From Sphyrna mokarran (Eukaryota), in assembly GCA_024679065.1 (NCBI GenBank), contig JAGIQG010000004.1:54746001-54810000 (forward strand): a stretch of 64,000 nucleotides of DNA, in the 5' to 3' direction. Under the pieces are notes generated by a model. The model did not search any database, had not been told where the DNA came from, and saw only the letters and a list, made by a program, of their open reading frames with translations. The position numbers and the translations under genes are program-made. Shown one piece after another: positions 38,791 to 51,730 of this stretch (position 1 is the first letter of the stretch; every line of letters begins with the position of its first letter).

Positions 38791-38862
38791 GAGAATATTA
38801 ATTCGAAGTTTCTTTTTAGATAGCGCCCAAATTAAATTCCCAGCATCATTTTAATTTTGCAG

Positions 38863-38972
38863 GACCTCATGTTAAATAGCATTGCATTTGGGTTTCTTGT
38901 ATTGCGGTGGGTAGATTGGCTTTTCTGATATTCGCGGTCATAGTTGGGAGAGATTCTGTCTGAAGAATACAG
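38863..38972 (+). pseudogene. Disabled transmembrane exon paralogous to exon 4 of genes A and B
   Basis: Acceptor ttttgcag|, donor AAGAATACAG|GTAGGT (gene A: AAGAATAAAG|GTAACA). Reads GPHVK*HCIWVSCIAVGRLAFLIFAVIVG. It is 110 nt versus 111 in gene A, so it has an in-frame TAG and a net 1-nt frameshift. Confidence 0.7.
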
Positions 38973-40011
38973 GTAGGTACCCATTTACACATTCGTTTTT
39001 AATGCAAATTTTCATGGGATCCCAGAGATCGTGATCGGTGGTGATGTAAGCGTAAGGATTGCGCAATTGTCACTTATTGGATGCAAGAAAAAACCGATAT
39101 CGTGAGCGGCCAGTGGGACTGGTTTTGTAATGTAGTCACAGCCTCAAAATTGGAATTTAATGAATCTGATTATTTGTGCATTACATTTGATAATGTCTAT
39201 ATTCTGGCAGATCGTAAATCCTGTCAGTGTCCAGATGGAGAAGATTTATAATTCACTTAAAATCTGAAAATCTGACATTAACAAAATATGAAAAATCTGA
39301 GGACTGGCACAAAATATCTCGTAACTGTTCAATGTCCTTTGCAGACGGAGACACTTCAACGCGGCCTGAGCTATGTGTGATTCCAGTCCGACAGAAGTAT
39401 GCTCAATTCTTAAACAGCCTCTGATGTGGTCACGCAAGCCATTTAGTTGTATCTGGCTAACGACAGCCAAGATGGACAGCAAATATGCTTATCTGGGGCA
39501 CCGACGTCTTGAAAATGAATGAAGCAAGATAGCAATTTAACTTTTCGGTCTGGTTGATATTCTCACCTAGTTACATAAGCAACACGATCGAGCTGCCGTT
39601 TTCCAGGCTAAAGGAACACATTTATTCTGAGTTTCTACATGATGCATTACCCCGATAATGAATAATCACTTATTTACCTCTTTGAACGAATGTTTGGGTT
39701 TTGTCATTAATGATTAAAATTGTATTTCGTTGTGCGGTGGACTAGAACATCCCACAGTTCGCTTATTTCCTTGTATTACGCACTAAGTCATTGTTAATTT
39801 GTATGAAATGGACATTCTATGTAGTCTGCCAACCAAATGCATAGTTGTTTTCAGTTTCACCATCACTAATATCAATAGAATCCAAGGAGCATTTTTTCCA
39901 CCCCCGCTGTGGCTTGCGTCCGCATGTGTTTTTGTGCGTGTTTCTGTGAGTGTCTGTGTTTGCGTAATTGTGTGCGTGCGTTTTTATCCAAGTGTGTTAA
40001 ATTTTATCTAG

Positions 40012-40097
40012 CCTCTAAAAATACTTTTGAAGGTACAATTATGGAAAGTGACTCAAGATCGTCAGCATTGAAAGGAGTTAATCTGCTGACTTTCCAG
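40012..40097 (+). CDS. Candidate cytoplasmic exon (ASKNTFEGTIMESDSRSSALKGVNLLTFQ), phase 1/0
   Basis: ttttatctag| acceptor and CAG|GTAAAC donor. The phases link a phase-1 TM exon to the ITIM exon at 40982. Confidence 0.5.
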
Positions 40098-40314
40098 GTA
40101 AACAAGATAGTGCAATAATAGAGAACACTGGTGACAAGCTGGTGTTTTTTTTTGTATAGATGTTGTTATAATGAAGATATTTCGTCGCGGTCCACTTAAC
40201 TATCGGCATTTTTCTCTTATCGATGTTTTCTGACATTGTATTTTGGAAATATTTGATGCTTGCTAGGATGCTGCTGAAGGTTGTTGAAAAACGGAAAATG
40301 AAAGGGAAAATGAA

Positions 40315-40660
40315 GGCACCAGAGTAGTTAGCATTGCTGCCTCACAGCTTCAGGCACAGGGTTCAATCCCAGCCTTGGATGACTGCATAGATGGAGTTTG
40401 CATGTTCTCTCCGTGTCTGCTTAGTTTCCTCCCATAGTCCAAAAATATGCAGATTAGGTAGATTGGTCATGTTTCATTGCCCCTTAGTGCCCAAAAATGA
40501 GTAGCCTAAGTGGATTGCTCAATTATCCCTAAGTGTCAAAAGGTGTGTAAATTAGATGGATTAGCCATGATAAAAGTATGGGGTAAGGGTAGGACGGGGA
40601 CAAACGGAGTCAGATATTCTATCAGACAGTCGGTGCATACTCTTCTGCATGTATGGATTC
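40315..40660 (+). mobile_element. HE1/V-SINE-like SINE
   Basis: ggcac..gtagttagcattgctgcctcacagc..gggttcaatccc..ggagtttgcatgttctc..tttcctccca.. Confidence 0.8.
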
Positions 40661-40981
40661 TGGTAGCTTCATTAACATACAACTATGTAATAGTCATATG
40701 TCGGACAATCTAAAGATTGTTTTTCGGAGCTGAGATTACTGCTTAAAATGTGAAAATCTACTTTGTCTACACGCATCAGTAAGCACATATAGGCAGGATG
40801 AAATATAAGTTCCAATTGACACCTTAATTACGGACGCATCGTTAAATATATTCACGGTAAATTTTGTATTTAGGATGTAGCCCATGTTCCATTTATGTTT
40901 ACTGTTTAATCAGCAATTTGTATTTTGGTGACGCCAATTAATTTACCAGGTAATGAAATGTGTTCGTTGTGTCACACGCAG

Positions 40982-41161
40982 AAAAATCAGGACAAAGTTG
41001 TGACATATGCCGCAGTGAATTTGAAAATGTCCACTAAAACTCGAAGACATAAAGCTGAAGAAAATGTGACAGCGCATGTTCAGATGCGTCTGAAAATTAG
41101 AGAAGAAAAAGTATCGAATACCTGCGAAGAGCCAATAATAATGAAATTGCGGAGTACTTGA
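40982..41161 (+). CDS. Terminal cytoplasmic exon with ITIM (KNQDKVVTYAAVNLKMSTKTRRHKAEENVTAHVQMR...ST*)
   Basis: cacacgcag| acceptor in phase 0. Canonical ITIM VTYAAV at 41000-41017; open to TGA at 41161. May be a pseudo-exon. Confidence 0.6.
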   Translation, partial: KNQDKVVTYAAVNLKMSTKTRRHKAEENVTAHVQMRLKIREEKVSNTCEEPIIMKLRST

Positions 41162-42964
41162 CTTCGCTGCGACTTTGCGTGCATCGAAGGGTGCTTGTAT
41201 ATATTCTTGATAACCCCGACTTCAGTTGCAAATTGGTAGAAATGATCAAGAAATGATACCTTTAAACATTTTTTGTCAGATAAAGCAACGAACAGGCCGG
41301 ACAAGATAACACATGCGATTCTAGAATTGTCTGAATTTGAGACAGGGAGACTATTAGAAGCCGAACTACAGACCAAAACCCAAAGGGAGCGACAAAGGAG
41401 ATTTACAGAAAAGCAGCAACCAAATGAAATCACTATCTTAGGCGCAGAAATTCAGTTATTCTTGTATGTCTGTTGTATTCCTCTGCTCATGTATATCAGT
41501 ATTTGCAATCACTGTTATGTAACATCGTAGTATATAAAACAACAATTTTGGTTATTTAATTATTTGAGATTATTAGTCAGCAATGTAAATAGATGTAATG
41601 AAAAATACTTTTAATGTTAATTCTTCATTAGTGGATATTTAGTTATTATACACTTTTGCAATTACAAGGTAAACCAGTTGTCATACTAAAACTAACTTAT
41701 TATAATATACAACAATGGATTTCTTAAATCTACTTATACAGGTGTCTGTATCCTTCCTTTAAAAATACGTTCATATCTCAAAAAACATAGTCTAATAACG
41801 TCAACTGCAACATTATCTCATCAATCATTTATTTAAACCTCGAAAGATAGGCACTAAAGAGTCCCTTTGTTTAGTGGCATCTCAAAATAGCTGTGCCGTC
41901 ACACAGCAAGGTATGTGTTCCTCTGCCCGACTTCGAATCCAACTGTTTAAAGTTCTTCGGTTTCTCCCCCAATTGTGAAATCTTGAAACTTTTTTTAACT
42001 TTGTACATTTACATTTTTTATTTTCTACACGGGCTTACTGCCCAAACTACAATGACTATCGGTATTCCGCTCCGCATTCGCCTCACTTTCCTACCCATTT
42101 CACAATAGCTTCAAAATTGAGTGCTAACGATGAATTCTGATGAATAAATGACTCACATGTCTCATAAAGTAGAATAGTACAAATTAGGCAATGCAACACG
42201 AGTCATAAAGTATTTTAATTCCAGAAGCTTGTTTTTATAATTGTGCTTTCTTTTCTATCTTATAACCACTAAGCATACTTGTGACCGGCTTCAACTTACT
42301 TCCATGTGGTGCCTTTTTTACTGATTCCTTACCAACGACTGCCGAAAGCCCCTGTAAGTCATATCCACGCATTTCCTTTGTCTTTTCACATTTGTTAACT
42401 CTGAAAGAATTACTTAAGAGAAACCAAGCATATTTGCTTGTAGGAAAATGGGTGCTCATCAGGTTTTGATAAATTTGTGTTTCTACAAAGGCCTGGCAAT
42501 TTTTCTCAAGTGATTAAATTGTCCATTACATGTCAGTAAACGTGTTTTCATACTTTGTATTTCAAATTATTAACAAATTATTTGACTTTGTTGTGCAACA
42601 ACAGCACATGCTTCAGTAGTCTTTCCATGACTGAATGATCAAACAAGACACATTCACGCGAACAGTGAAAACGTTAAGCGTGGAAGAGATCAGCTAAATG
42701 TTCCGCTTTGTGATGTTGCTATAACGACAAACGTTGCGAAATATTAATATTGGCGGGCTAGTTTCTACAGCTAGACATGACTTAGTAGCTCACTTCCGCT
42801 GCAGCAGTGGAAGCTTTAAACTTAGCTGTTAATTGCAACACTAAAACTGTTGTGGAGCGACGGTTATTGCACCTCACTTTTCTATATAATTGCAGAAACA
42901 GAAAATACCTATCTGATACGGATATATGTTTAATTGTTACCATCATAAACCTTCCTTACCTCAT

Positions 42965-43240
42965 TAGGAATCTGAATCTATAATTGCGCCATGTTAAGGC
43001 GGCGAAATTGCTTCTATCTTGTGTTTTTTTACACAGAAGTCGTGGGTGCCTGGAGCACGTTTCCGGGGAGGTATTGAAAACAGACACAATCCTGACTTTA
43101 ATGGGTTTCTGGACAAATACATGAATAAGATAGGAATAGAGGTATGTAGTCCCCGAAAGGATTGGGGGTTTTAGTTCTGTAGGGCAGCATGGTCGGTACT
43201 GGCTTGGAGAGCTGTAATTTTCTTGGTTCTTTGTATTTTC
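42965..43240 (+). mobile_element. Short CR1 3' fragment
   Basis: ttttacacagaagtcgtgggtgcctgga..ctggacaaatacatgaata.. is a CR1 terminal motif. Confidence 0.65.
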
Positions 43241-45029
43241 AATTTCCAATTTTACACGCAACGTTTGCGGCACATGGACATCTGCACCAGAAATTCCCGC
43301 TTTGAACTCCATACCGGGGCTCGTTGGTCAAGGAAAGTGCCTTCATGACGTGGCTAAGCAGGATGATTATTAACCTGAAAATCCTGCCATTAGCAGACAG
43401 TAAGAACGGGAGGGCTTCCTTGTCAGCCAGAATTGTGCTGCAGCTGCTGCGCAATAGCCACCTCGCGTTAAAGGCCACCAAACGCAGCTTCCTACCACGG
43501 TCCGTGCTCCGCAGGTAGCGTGCTCCAAGGTTTGAGGGACTATCAGAAACAGAAAATATGCAATGTGTGCATTGGCCCAAGTACAACTTCTGGCCGTTTA
43601 TTGAGTACGCTGAAGATTTAGCAAGCCGTGGAATGGAGTAGTCTGCAATGCCGTAAGGACTGATCATATGGCGTCCAGCTTTTAAATTGTGGACACATTT
43701 CTAAAACGCCAAAAGTGAATACAATTTTAACTTAATCACTTATTGGTTGGGATATTTGAAGAGAAGAGCTGCTAATCACTATAGTCCAAGCGTCGTATTT
43801 TATAAACGATTTCTTATGGGACGTCTTGCTGTTCGGTTTCATCTGCATTATGACCATTCTTTGCTTTTTACTGAAAGTAATATGGGCAGTTTGGAAGATT
43901 CTGCTTTGACTTTACGAACATTGTACATTTTATTATACGCAAGGGAGTGGAAAATTTGGATCTGACGAACAAAAGCTCGATTAATGCCCAAAATGCACGC
44001 ATGACTGCCTGTGTTCGGCCTCACAGACATGCAAGTCCAATTCACAGTCTGTGTGCATACCCATTGAAAACAAATATTTAATCAGCACTATTAAAGTGCA
44101 TACATTATTTAAAAAGTCGACATAACAAAGAGGAAGTGTCTTCGCAGACTCAGATGGGGTGAAATTCACTCCTTAGCTGCTTCTATCTTTATCCATCAAA
44201 TTTGTTTTACCTTCTCACCAATTACTGTCCCCTGTACGCATGATACTGTGGATATGTCGTTTCATGCTTTTTATACTAGTTAGAGTTTGGGAGTGAGAAG
44301 TTGGACATTCAGTTACTCTCAGTATATATTTTTTTTAGATATACGAAGCAGGGCACCATATAAATAACCATGTATCTCACTGACAATGTCATCACAGCCG
44401 ATAAAGGTGGCCTAAATTAAAAGATACGTAGCATGATATTTACAGAGTGTGTATTTTTAAACAGTAGAAGCATGGACTACATCCACTTTAGTGGTAAGCC
44501 GATGGCATTTGCAGCCGTGATAGAACGGTGCTGCATGTCGCACAAAATTGTTTCTCTTCCTGGAAACACGAAACCGCATGTGTATTTAGCTATCAAGGAG
44601 AGACAGTTAGATAGAAACAGATGTACGTGTTCACTCACATTCAGTCAAGCACATCGATCGCAGTGGTCGGATTTTCAAAGAAAAGTCATTTAAGCCATAC
44701 TTCCGAAATATCCAGGAATACATTCTTTTGATGCAATTATTCTGACAATTATTTGAGCAATTTATTTCTTTTCAGTCTACTAACTATTTTGCACTTGAGA
44801 TTTTTATTTAAAATTCAAGAACTCCATTTGATATAGCGACCTGTTGTCTCGAATTATCCTCAGAGGAAACAAACATCGCTCAAACATCTCTGACTGCTCG
44901 CTGGTGGCTCCGCGAATAAGGAATCCCCGAAATTCGGTGCTGAACCTTGCAGTACTTGGGGACCCGAATGTCTGTTGACATATGTTTATGTGCTGGAGTT
45001 CTACAGTTAATCTCAGATTTTTTTTTCAA

Positions 45030-45340
45030 AGAGCAACACAGCACGGGAAACAGGCCCTTCGGCCCAACGAGCCCGCGCCGCCGTCATAACTTTATAGTAA
45101 CAATTCCATTTTCTTATTCTAATTTTAGGTTATTCCTAATATGGAAGAATCTCAATATAGGGTCAATTTGTTTCCCAATCAGCCTAAGAGCGAATTTTTG
45201 GGATGTGGGAGGAAACCGGAGCGCCCGGAGAAAACCCACGCAACCACGGGGAGAACGCGCAAACTCCCGCAGACACCGGCCCAATTCCAAGTGTCTGCAC
45301 AGCTACAGCGATAGTCACTGAGCTGTCATGGTGCCCTTCA
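45030..45340 (-). mobile_element. V-SINE-like SINE with CR1-derived tail
   Basis: ggatgtgggaggaaaccggagcgcccggagaaaacccacgca central domain, with an aacaggcccttcggccca tail. Confidence 0.8.
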
Positions 45341-45488
45341 GATGGTCCAGATAAAGCACTCATTTACGACATGAAGCACCAGGCAACCCATGAATCAACA
45401 TCCAAGAGCTGTCCTCGCACCACCTGCCGAATGCATGCTCCTTGTTGGTCAAGTTGGACCGAATTACCTGTGAAAAAAAAAGTCATAG

Positions 45489-47381
45489 TTAAACAGTCCT
45501 ACTATATCCCTCTATCTGCATACCGCTCATGTGGCTGTCCAAGAGACCCTTAAACAGCCCTAGCGTGCCTGCTCCCACCACCTTACTCGGCAGTGCATTC
45601 CACACCCCCACTACCCTTTGTGTGAAAAACTGCCCTCTAATATTCGTCTTATACATAGCCCCCCTCACCCTAAGGCCATGACCCCTCGTCCTATCCATTT
45701 CTGAAGGTGGAAAAAGTTTACCACCATTTACTCTATCTGTACCCCTTATAATCTTATACACCTCTATTAGATCCCCTCTAAGCCGACGTCTTTCAAGGGA
45801 AAACAACCCCAGTCTATTCAATCGTTCCTCATAAGACAGTCCTTCCATACCAGGCAGCATCCTGGTAAACCTCCTCTGCACTCTCTCCAAGGACTCCACA
45901 TCCTTCCGATAGTACGGCGACCAGAACTGGACGCAGTATTCCAAGTGAGGCCTAACCAACGTTCTATACAATTGCAACATCAAACTCCTACTCTTGTATT
46001 CTATACCCTTTTCTATGAAAGCTAACATACTATACGCTTTCTTTATCACCTTCTCCACCTGTAAAGACACCTTCAGAGACTTGTGAACCTGCACCCCCAG
46101 GTCTCTCTGCGTCTCTATACTCCGAATAGTTTTACCTTTTATCCTATAGCTCTCTTCTACATTTTTCCGGCCAAAATGCATCACCTCGCATTTATCCGGA
46201 TTAAATTCCATTTGCCATCTATCTGCCCAGTCTACCAACCTGTCTATGTCCTGTTGTATTGCCTGGCACTGCTCCTCTGTACCCGCCAATCCAAGCATCT
46301 TAGTGTCATCAGCAAATTTGCTGATCTCACCACCTACCCCAACTTCCAAGTCGTTTATGTAAACCACAAATAGAAGAGGACCTAGTACTGAGCCTTGTGG
46401 CACTCCACTAGTGACAGGCCTCCAGTCGGAAAAAGAGCCTTCCACTACTACCCTCTGTCTCCTCCCGAGCCAGTTCTCGACCCATCTACATACCTGGCCC
46501 TGTATCCCATGCGCCTTCACCTTCTCTATCAGTCTACCATGAGGAACCTTGTCAAACGCCTTACTGAAATCCATGTAGACGACATCAACAGCATGTCCTT
46601 CATCAACTGTTTTTGTCACTTCTTCAAAAAATTCCACTAGATTTGTAAGACAAGACTTCCCCTTGACGAAGCCATGCTGCGTATCCCTGATCAGATCGCA
46701 GCGCTCCAGATGCTCATACATCCTGTCCCTGAGGATCCTCTCCATTAGCTTACCTATAACTGAAGTCAAGCTCACCGGCCTATAGTTCCCTGGGTTATCC
46801 CTCTGACCTTTTTTAAACAACGGTACTACATTTGCTATCCTCCAGTCCTCTGGGACCTCACCTGTGTCCAAGGAAGAGACAAAGATTTGCGCCAGAGGCC
46901 CAGCTAGGTCTTCCCTCAACTCCCTTAGCAGCCTGGGGTAAATGCCATCAGGCCCCGGAGCTTTATATGTCTTTAAGCTGCCTAACAGCCCCAACACCTC
47001 TTTCCTCGTAATCTTTATTTCCCTCAACGGATCCTCAACTTTGTCAAAATCAGCAACAGACATCTGGCCAGTCTCCTGCGTGAATACCGACGCAAAGTAT
47101 TCATTCAGGATCTCCCCCATTCCCTCAGGCTCTAAGCATAGATCCCCTCCTCTGTCCCTGAGAGGTCCAATCTTGCCTCTAACCATCCTTTTGCTCCTTA
47201 CATAGGAGTAAAATGCCTTAGGATTTTCCTTAATCCTGCTTGCCAGAGCCGCTTTGTGGCCCGTTTTTGCCTTTCTAACACCCCTTTTAAGATCCCGTCT
47301 ACACTCTCTATAAGCTTCCAGCGCTGTCTCAGTCCCCAGTTGCCTAGATCTAATGTAAGCCTCTCGCTTCTTCCTGATCAA
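45489..47381 (-). mobile_element. Young 5'-truncated CR1-type LINE with an uninterrupted 630-aa RT ORF
   Basis: ORF 45489..47381 reads KAPGPDG, NYRPVSLTS, TQHGFVKGKSCLTNL, DFSKAFDKV, GVPQGSVLGP, KFADDTK, HLEYCVQFWSP. Confidence 0.95.
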
Positions 47382-47679
47382 GTCCTTTTGTGAGCTTAGT
47401 TTGAAATTCGTGCATGGGGAAGGTCAGTTGGTTTTGTAATAGATCTTGTAACCTCGTTATGCACGAATAGACTGTGGACAGCAAAACTGATAAAGCTCCC
47501 ACCTTTAATGGTTGTTAGTGTTGCCCCTAAAATGACATAAGTTATTGGACAAGCATGTGTTGACATTGCAAGGCGAGGTCTCGATCGAAAGTGACTGCTA
47601 GATTTTAGATTATTTTCCCCTTTTATTCTTTCTACCCATCCTTCTTTTGCTCCTTTCTCTCTTTATTGCAGTCTGTGGT

Positions 47680-48018
47680 CATAGAAGCCAACAGTGCAGA
47701 AAAAGAGCCTTCGGCCCATCGATTGTGCACCAACCACAATCCCACCCAGGTCCTACCCTCATATCCTTACATATTTTACCCGCTAATCCCTCTAACCCAA
47801 GCATCCCAGAAGACTACGAGATATTTTTTTTTAGCAAGGCCAATCAACCTAATCCGCATATCTTTGGACTGTGGGAGGAAACCGGAGCACCCGGAGAAAA
47901 CCTACACAGACAAGCGGAGAACGTGCAAACTCCACACAGGCAGTGACCCAAGCCGGGATTAGAACCCATGTCCCTAGAGCTGTGAAGCAGCAGTGCTAAC
48001 CACTGTGCTACAGTGCTA
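47680..48018 (-). mobile_element. HE1/V-SINE-like SINE
   Basis: tctttggactgtgggaggaaaccggagcacccggag..cagtgctaaccactgtgc. Confidence 0.85.
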
Positions 48019-51000
48019 TGATCTACTGTTGGGTCTCGAACCGCGCAATTTCCATTGTCTGGTCTACAGACAGATTTACGGTTATAGAGCATTTGTTTAT
48101 AGCACAATTTAAAAGTGCTAATCCAGAATACTAACAAAAGTGTGTCGATGGTTTTGACAAATAATTGATGCGAAGTAGGGGCATTGTCAATGTTACTGTA
48201 CACAATGGGGATATCTAAGAAGCCGAAACTTCTTTTCAAGCTTCTTGAACAATCGAAATGTTTGTTTGCTGGAAGCCTTTTCTGCCCAGCACGGCGTTGA
48301 CGCCGAACCCAGTTCACTCTTCGACCTGATTGTTTCCAAACAATATAAACGCTGTTCTGTCCAGCCTACTTGACATAACCTTAAGAGGTGGAACTGAAAC
48401 CCGAATGCATTTTAGCACAAAGTTGTTCAAAATACAGTACGTCATCTCCAGTTGATATAAATGGCTTGAGCTATGCAGCAGGGATGAAGCTAATGCGCAG
48501 ATAAATCTAAACCTTTTAAACACTAACTTAAACTGGAAGATAACTTAGCGCTTCTATAAATACCAACTAAAAACCAACGATTCCCTTATTACAACATTTA
48601 TTATCTCTTCAATTATTTCAGACTGTTGTCCTCACTTCGGTACCTCAAGTCTCTTCCACCGTGGACCAGTCTTGTGTGGCTTAATGGTTTTCATGTTTTT
48701 ACTGTTGACATGCAGGTGCCAACGCAAATTTATACAGGCTGGTGATTGTTTGTTTTTCTACAAATGTTACCTGTTGACTAGTAAAATCTAGGATATTGAC
48801 TTAAGATGTTGCAGCGTAATGTGCCTCCAAGTCAATGTGGTGTGATATTTACAGAAGAGATTGGAGGTGATTGCATTCCCTTGACGTTGCTGCTTTCATC
48901 CCGTTCAGTGGCAGGGATTGTACGGCTATGAAGTGCTGTCCAATAACATCGCCCTTCCTAAAAGAGACCAACAACATCGCCCTTACAAAACGTCTAAAGT
49001 AGCTTGCATCTCTAACCGGATGCTGCTCTGAATTTCGATCACAGTGTGTGTTTCACATCGGCTATTGCAATCCAGTCAACTGCACTATATTTAACCAATC
49101 AATCTGAAATTTCACTTCCGTGTATATCGCTTTATTTAAAATAAATACCCGAAACTTCATAATGTGCGACTGTGAGACATATGAGAACTGCAAGTATTAA
49201 ATTACTTTATTAATAACACGCTGAAATCGAGAGAGGGCATCAGTTTTGACAACATGATACTTCATGACACAATGATAATGAACTCCTAAGTCTGAATCTT
49301 TCCTAGACTCGTACAGACATGGCTATTGTTAAACAACACATGATTATTCAGTGTTTATTTTGTAACATGCGAACCTAAGTTCTTATGCAATTGTTTCTGG
49401 AAAGTCATTGTGGCAACGATTTACATTGATGACAACTATCATTATAATTAACTGTGTTATAACATTGCGCCCCGAAACATTATTTATGCATCCGCAGCTC
49501 TGAAGTGCCTGCTAAGTCCAATGATATTATGAGTCGAACATGTCCATAGATGTTATCAGATTGCAACCTTTCAAACATAGATAGACATAGCAACAGCCGA
49601 GTTGTCAGGTGCTGTGGGATAAATCGAGATGAAAGATATTGCTTTAACTATAAACAATAACAAACCCATGACGCAGATATCTCTGCACAAAAATATAACA
49701 TTTATTCAAAGCAAAAACATGCAGCAAATAATCAAAAGCGTTAAATAGCTTTGAGATAGGACCTCTCTGGTAAATCTAACGTATACAATCAAAACCTGAG
49801 AAATTTACCGTTTTTCTTATCAATTATTCCCGTCTTATAATAGTTTTAAATCAATTATATTTAATATAAATTAATCAATAATCATCCAAAAATATCACCT
49901 CAGCCAATTGCATTGTACCATCCAGCATGACGATATCTCATTCGTCAATTTAATCCAAATTTAGTCCTAACTCTCATTTTGACTAAGTCACTTTCTTGTT
50001 GTCTAACTATCCTAAACGCTTACTTTAGAGGTCAAAGTGGATGTTCCCATCGGATCATTTTCAAACTGGATTAAACTGTGATCACGCGTCCGGGCACGAC
50101 CCATCTTAAGGCTAGACAATGATTAAACCTACTTGTTGATGTTGCAATATGTGTTCCCGCATAAGAAAGTTTCCTGATATGAACTTTGCTAACTACGGGT
50201 TTCCAGGCCTTTGACTCTAAACTATTCGCCTTTACTATCATCTCTTACCGTAACCTGCTTTCGCCTGAAAAGAACGGTGATTTAGACAACACTTAAAATA
50301 CATAAAAGTATATATATTTTAAAATCATAATTTACTCATATATGAAATCATTTATGACCTCTTACTGATTTCATTTATGAGTAAACTATTCACTCATTAA
50401 GTTATTAATATGCTTGAAAATCATTTAATTCTTTATTTGTAGTCCTGTCAGTGTCTTATTAAAAACCTTATTAACTGGTTCGAAATTTCCTACATCTTTA
50501 GGTCTATCCCGAACAATTATTTTTAATCTGATTGAACCTTTGCCTGTTCGCCCCCCCCCCCCCCGCCCCCATATCATGAATTTTCTATATTGCATGGCTC
50601 CAACTATTTCCCTCTTTTTATAATAAATATATTAACCAGAAAACTTTAGATAATTTCTACAGACTATTGAATTCAAGACCTGTTCCTCCTGAAGTCTTCC
50701 AATCAGAGCTCGTAATTTGCTTTCTCTGATGATGGGAGGATTGGGTTTTTTTTGTCAGTCAAATTACTGTCAATAATAACCGTCTCTTGATTATTCTTGT
50801 TTTCCATCTGACGCGTTGTAACCCCGATATTTGCCCGTGAATCGCAGCTTCTGAATATAAAAGAAGTTGCAACGCATGGTGCACGCGGCATTGGAAACGG
50901 ACTATTATGACCCCTCCTTTCACAATTACAGATGCCCATAAAACACACCAAGTTGCATTGGAAAGCTCAGACGATTCCGCAAAAGTATTTCATCAAGTAC

Positions 51001-51157
51001 GATGCATTATGCAACTTTAAAGATACCTTACGAAAGAAATTTGAAGTTATATTGAATGCTCTGTGGTAAGGGTTAAATAATATACCTGGGGCATACGCCT
51101 TCAGCTTACTCTTTAAACTCGGCCGATGGCACCAAAATCAGCAGAGTATCGCCTCTT

Positions 51158-51163
51158 ACGTCA
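51158..51163 (+). promoter_or_regulatory. CRE half-site ACGTCA, same distance from the ATG as in gene A
   Basis: CGTCA starts exactly 100 nt before the ATG in both genes (24471 vs 24571; 51159 vs 51259). Confidence 0.4.
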
Positions 51164-51258
51164 TCACCTTACACTGTTCATCATGTTATACGTGGCGCTA
51201 TTTCTCCTCAGATCGAGACTTTCGTGTTAATTTCACACATCCAGTACCTATCGCTAAA

Positions 51259-51313
51259 ATGGCATCGAGTGTTGTGCTTCACAGCGCACAGGTCATCTGG
51301 ATTACCTTGATTG
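51259..51313 (+). CDS. VJ-C1 IgSF receptor gene B, exon 1 (signal peptide MASSVVLHSAQVIWITLI)
   Basis: aaaATGG Kozak context and phase-1 donor G|GTATTT, like gene A. In frame with exon 2, but less hydrophobic than the gene A leader. Confidence 0.65.
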
Positions 51314-51412
51314 GTATTTATTATAGTTCACACCTTGTCTTTCCGTCTGTGTCTCGCTCTCGCTCTGTCTTTTTTATATATAACTAAAACGAGTGTTCAT
51401 TTTCTTTCATAG

Positions 51413-51730
51413 TTGCTGCTAATCCTCTGATTGAAGTGACTCAGTCCCCTGAAAATATCAATTCGATAATCGGGGCTAATGTTGCATTCGACTGCACGTT
51501 TCCTACTTCTCACGACAGTTTAGATGTGAACTTTCATTGGTGGAAACTAGGCGAAAAGGATTTGATGCGGCCAGGATCAGATAACAGGAAATGGTTTGCC
51601 ACTGGGAATGGGAGAGCCTCCTTTCAACTTCTGAATATCAGTATTCAGGACTCTGGAGTCTATTACTGCGGAGTGACACTTCAGGGAAAATGGGTCACAA
51701 ATGGCAGTGGATCAACCCTCGTCGTCCGTG
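51413..51730 (+). CDS. Gene B exon 2: V-set Ig domain with germline-joined J-like G strand
   Basis: ttttctttcatag| acceptor, G|GTAAGA donor. Reads VTQSPE..VAFDC..WWKL..IQDSGVYYC..NGSGSTLVVR. Confidence 0.93.

Noticed and set aside
34199-39009. Additional perfect octamer motifs (e.g. ~34199, ~36917, ~39002, 53311)
   Set aside because: Expected by chance in AT-rich DNA and not next to a start exon.
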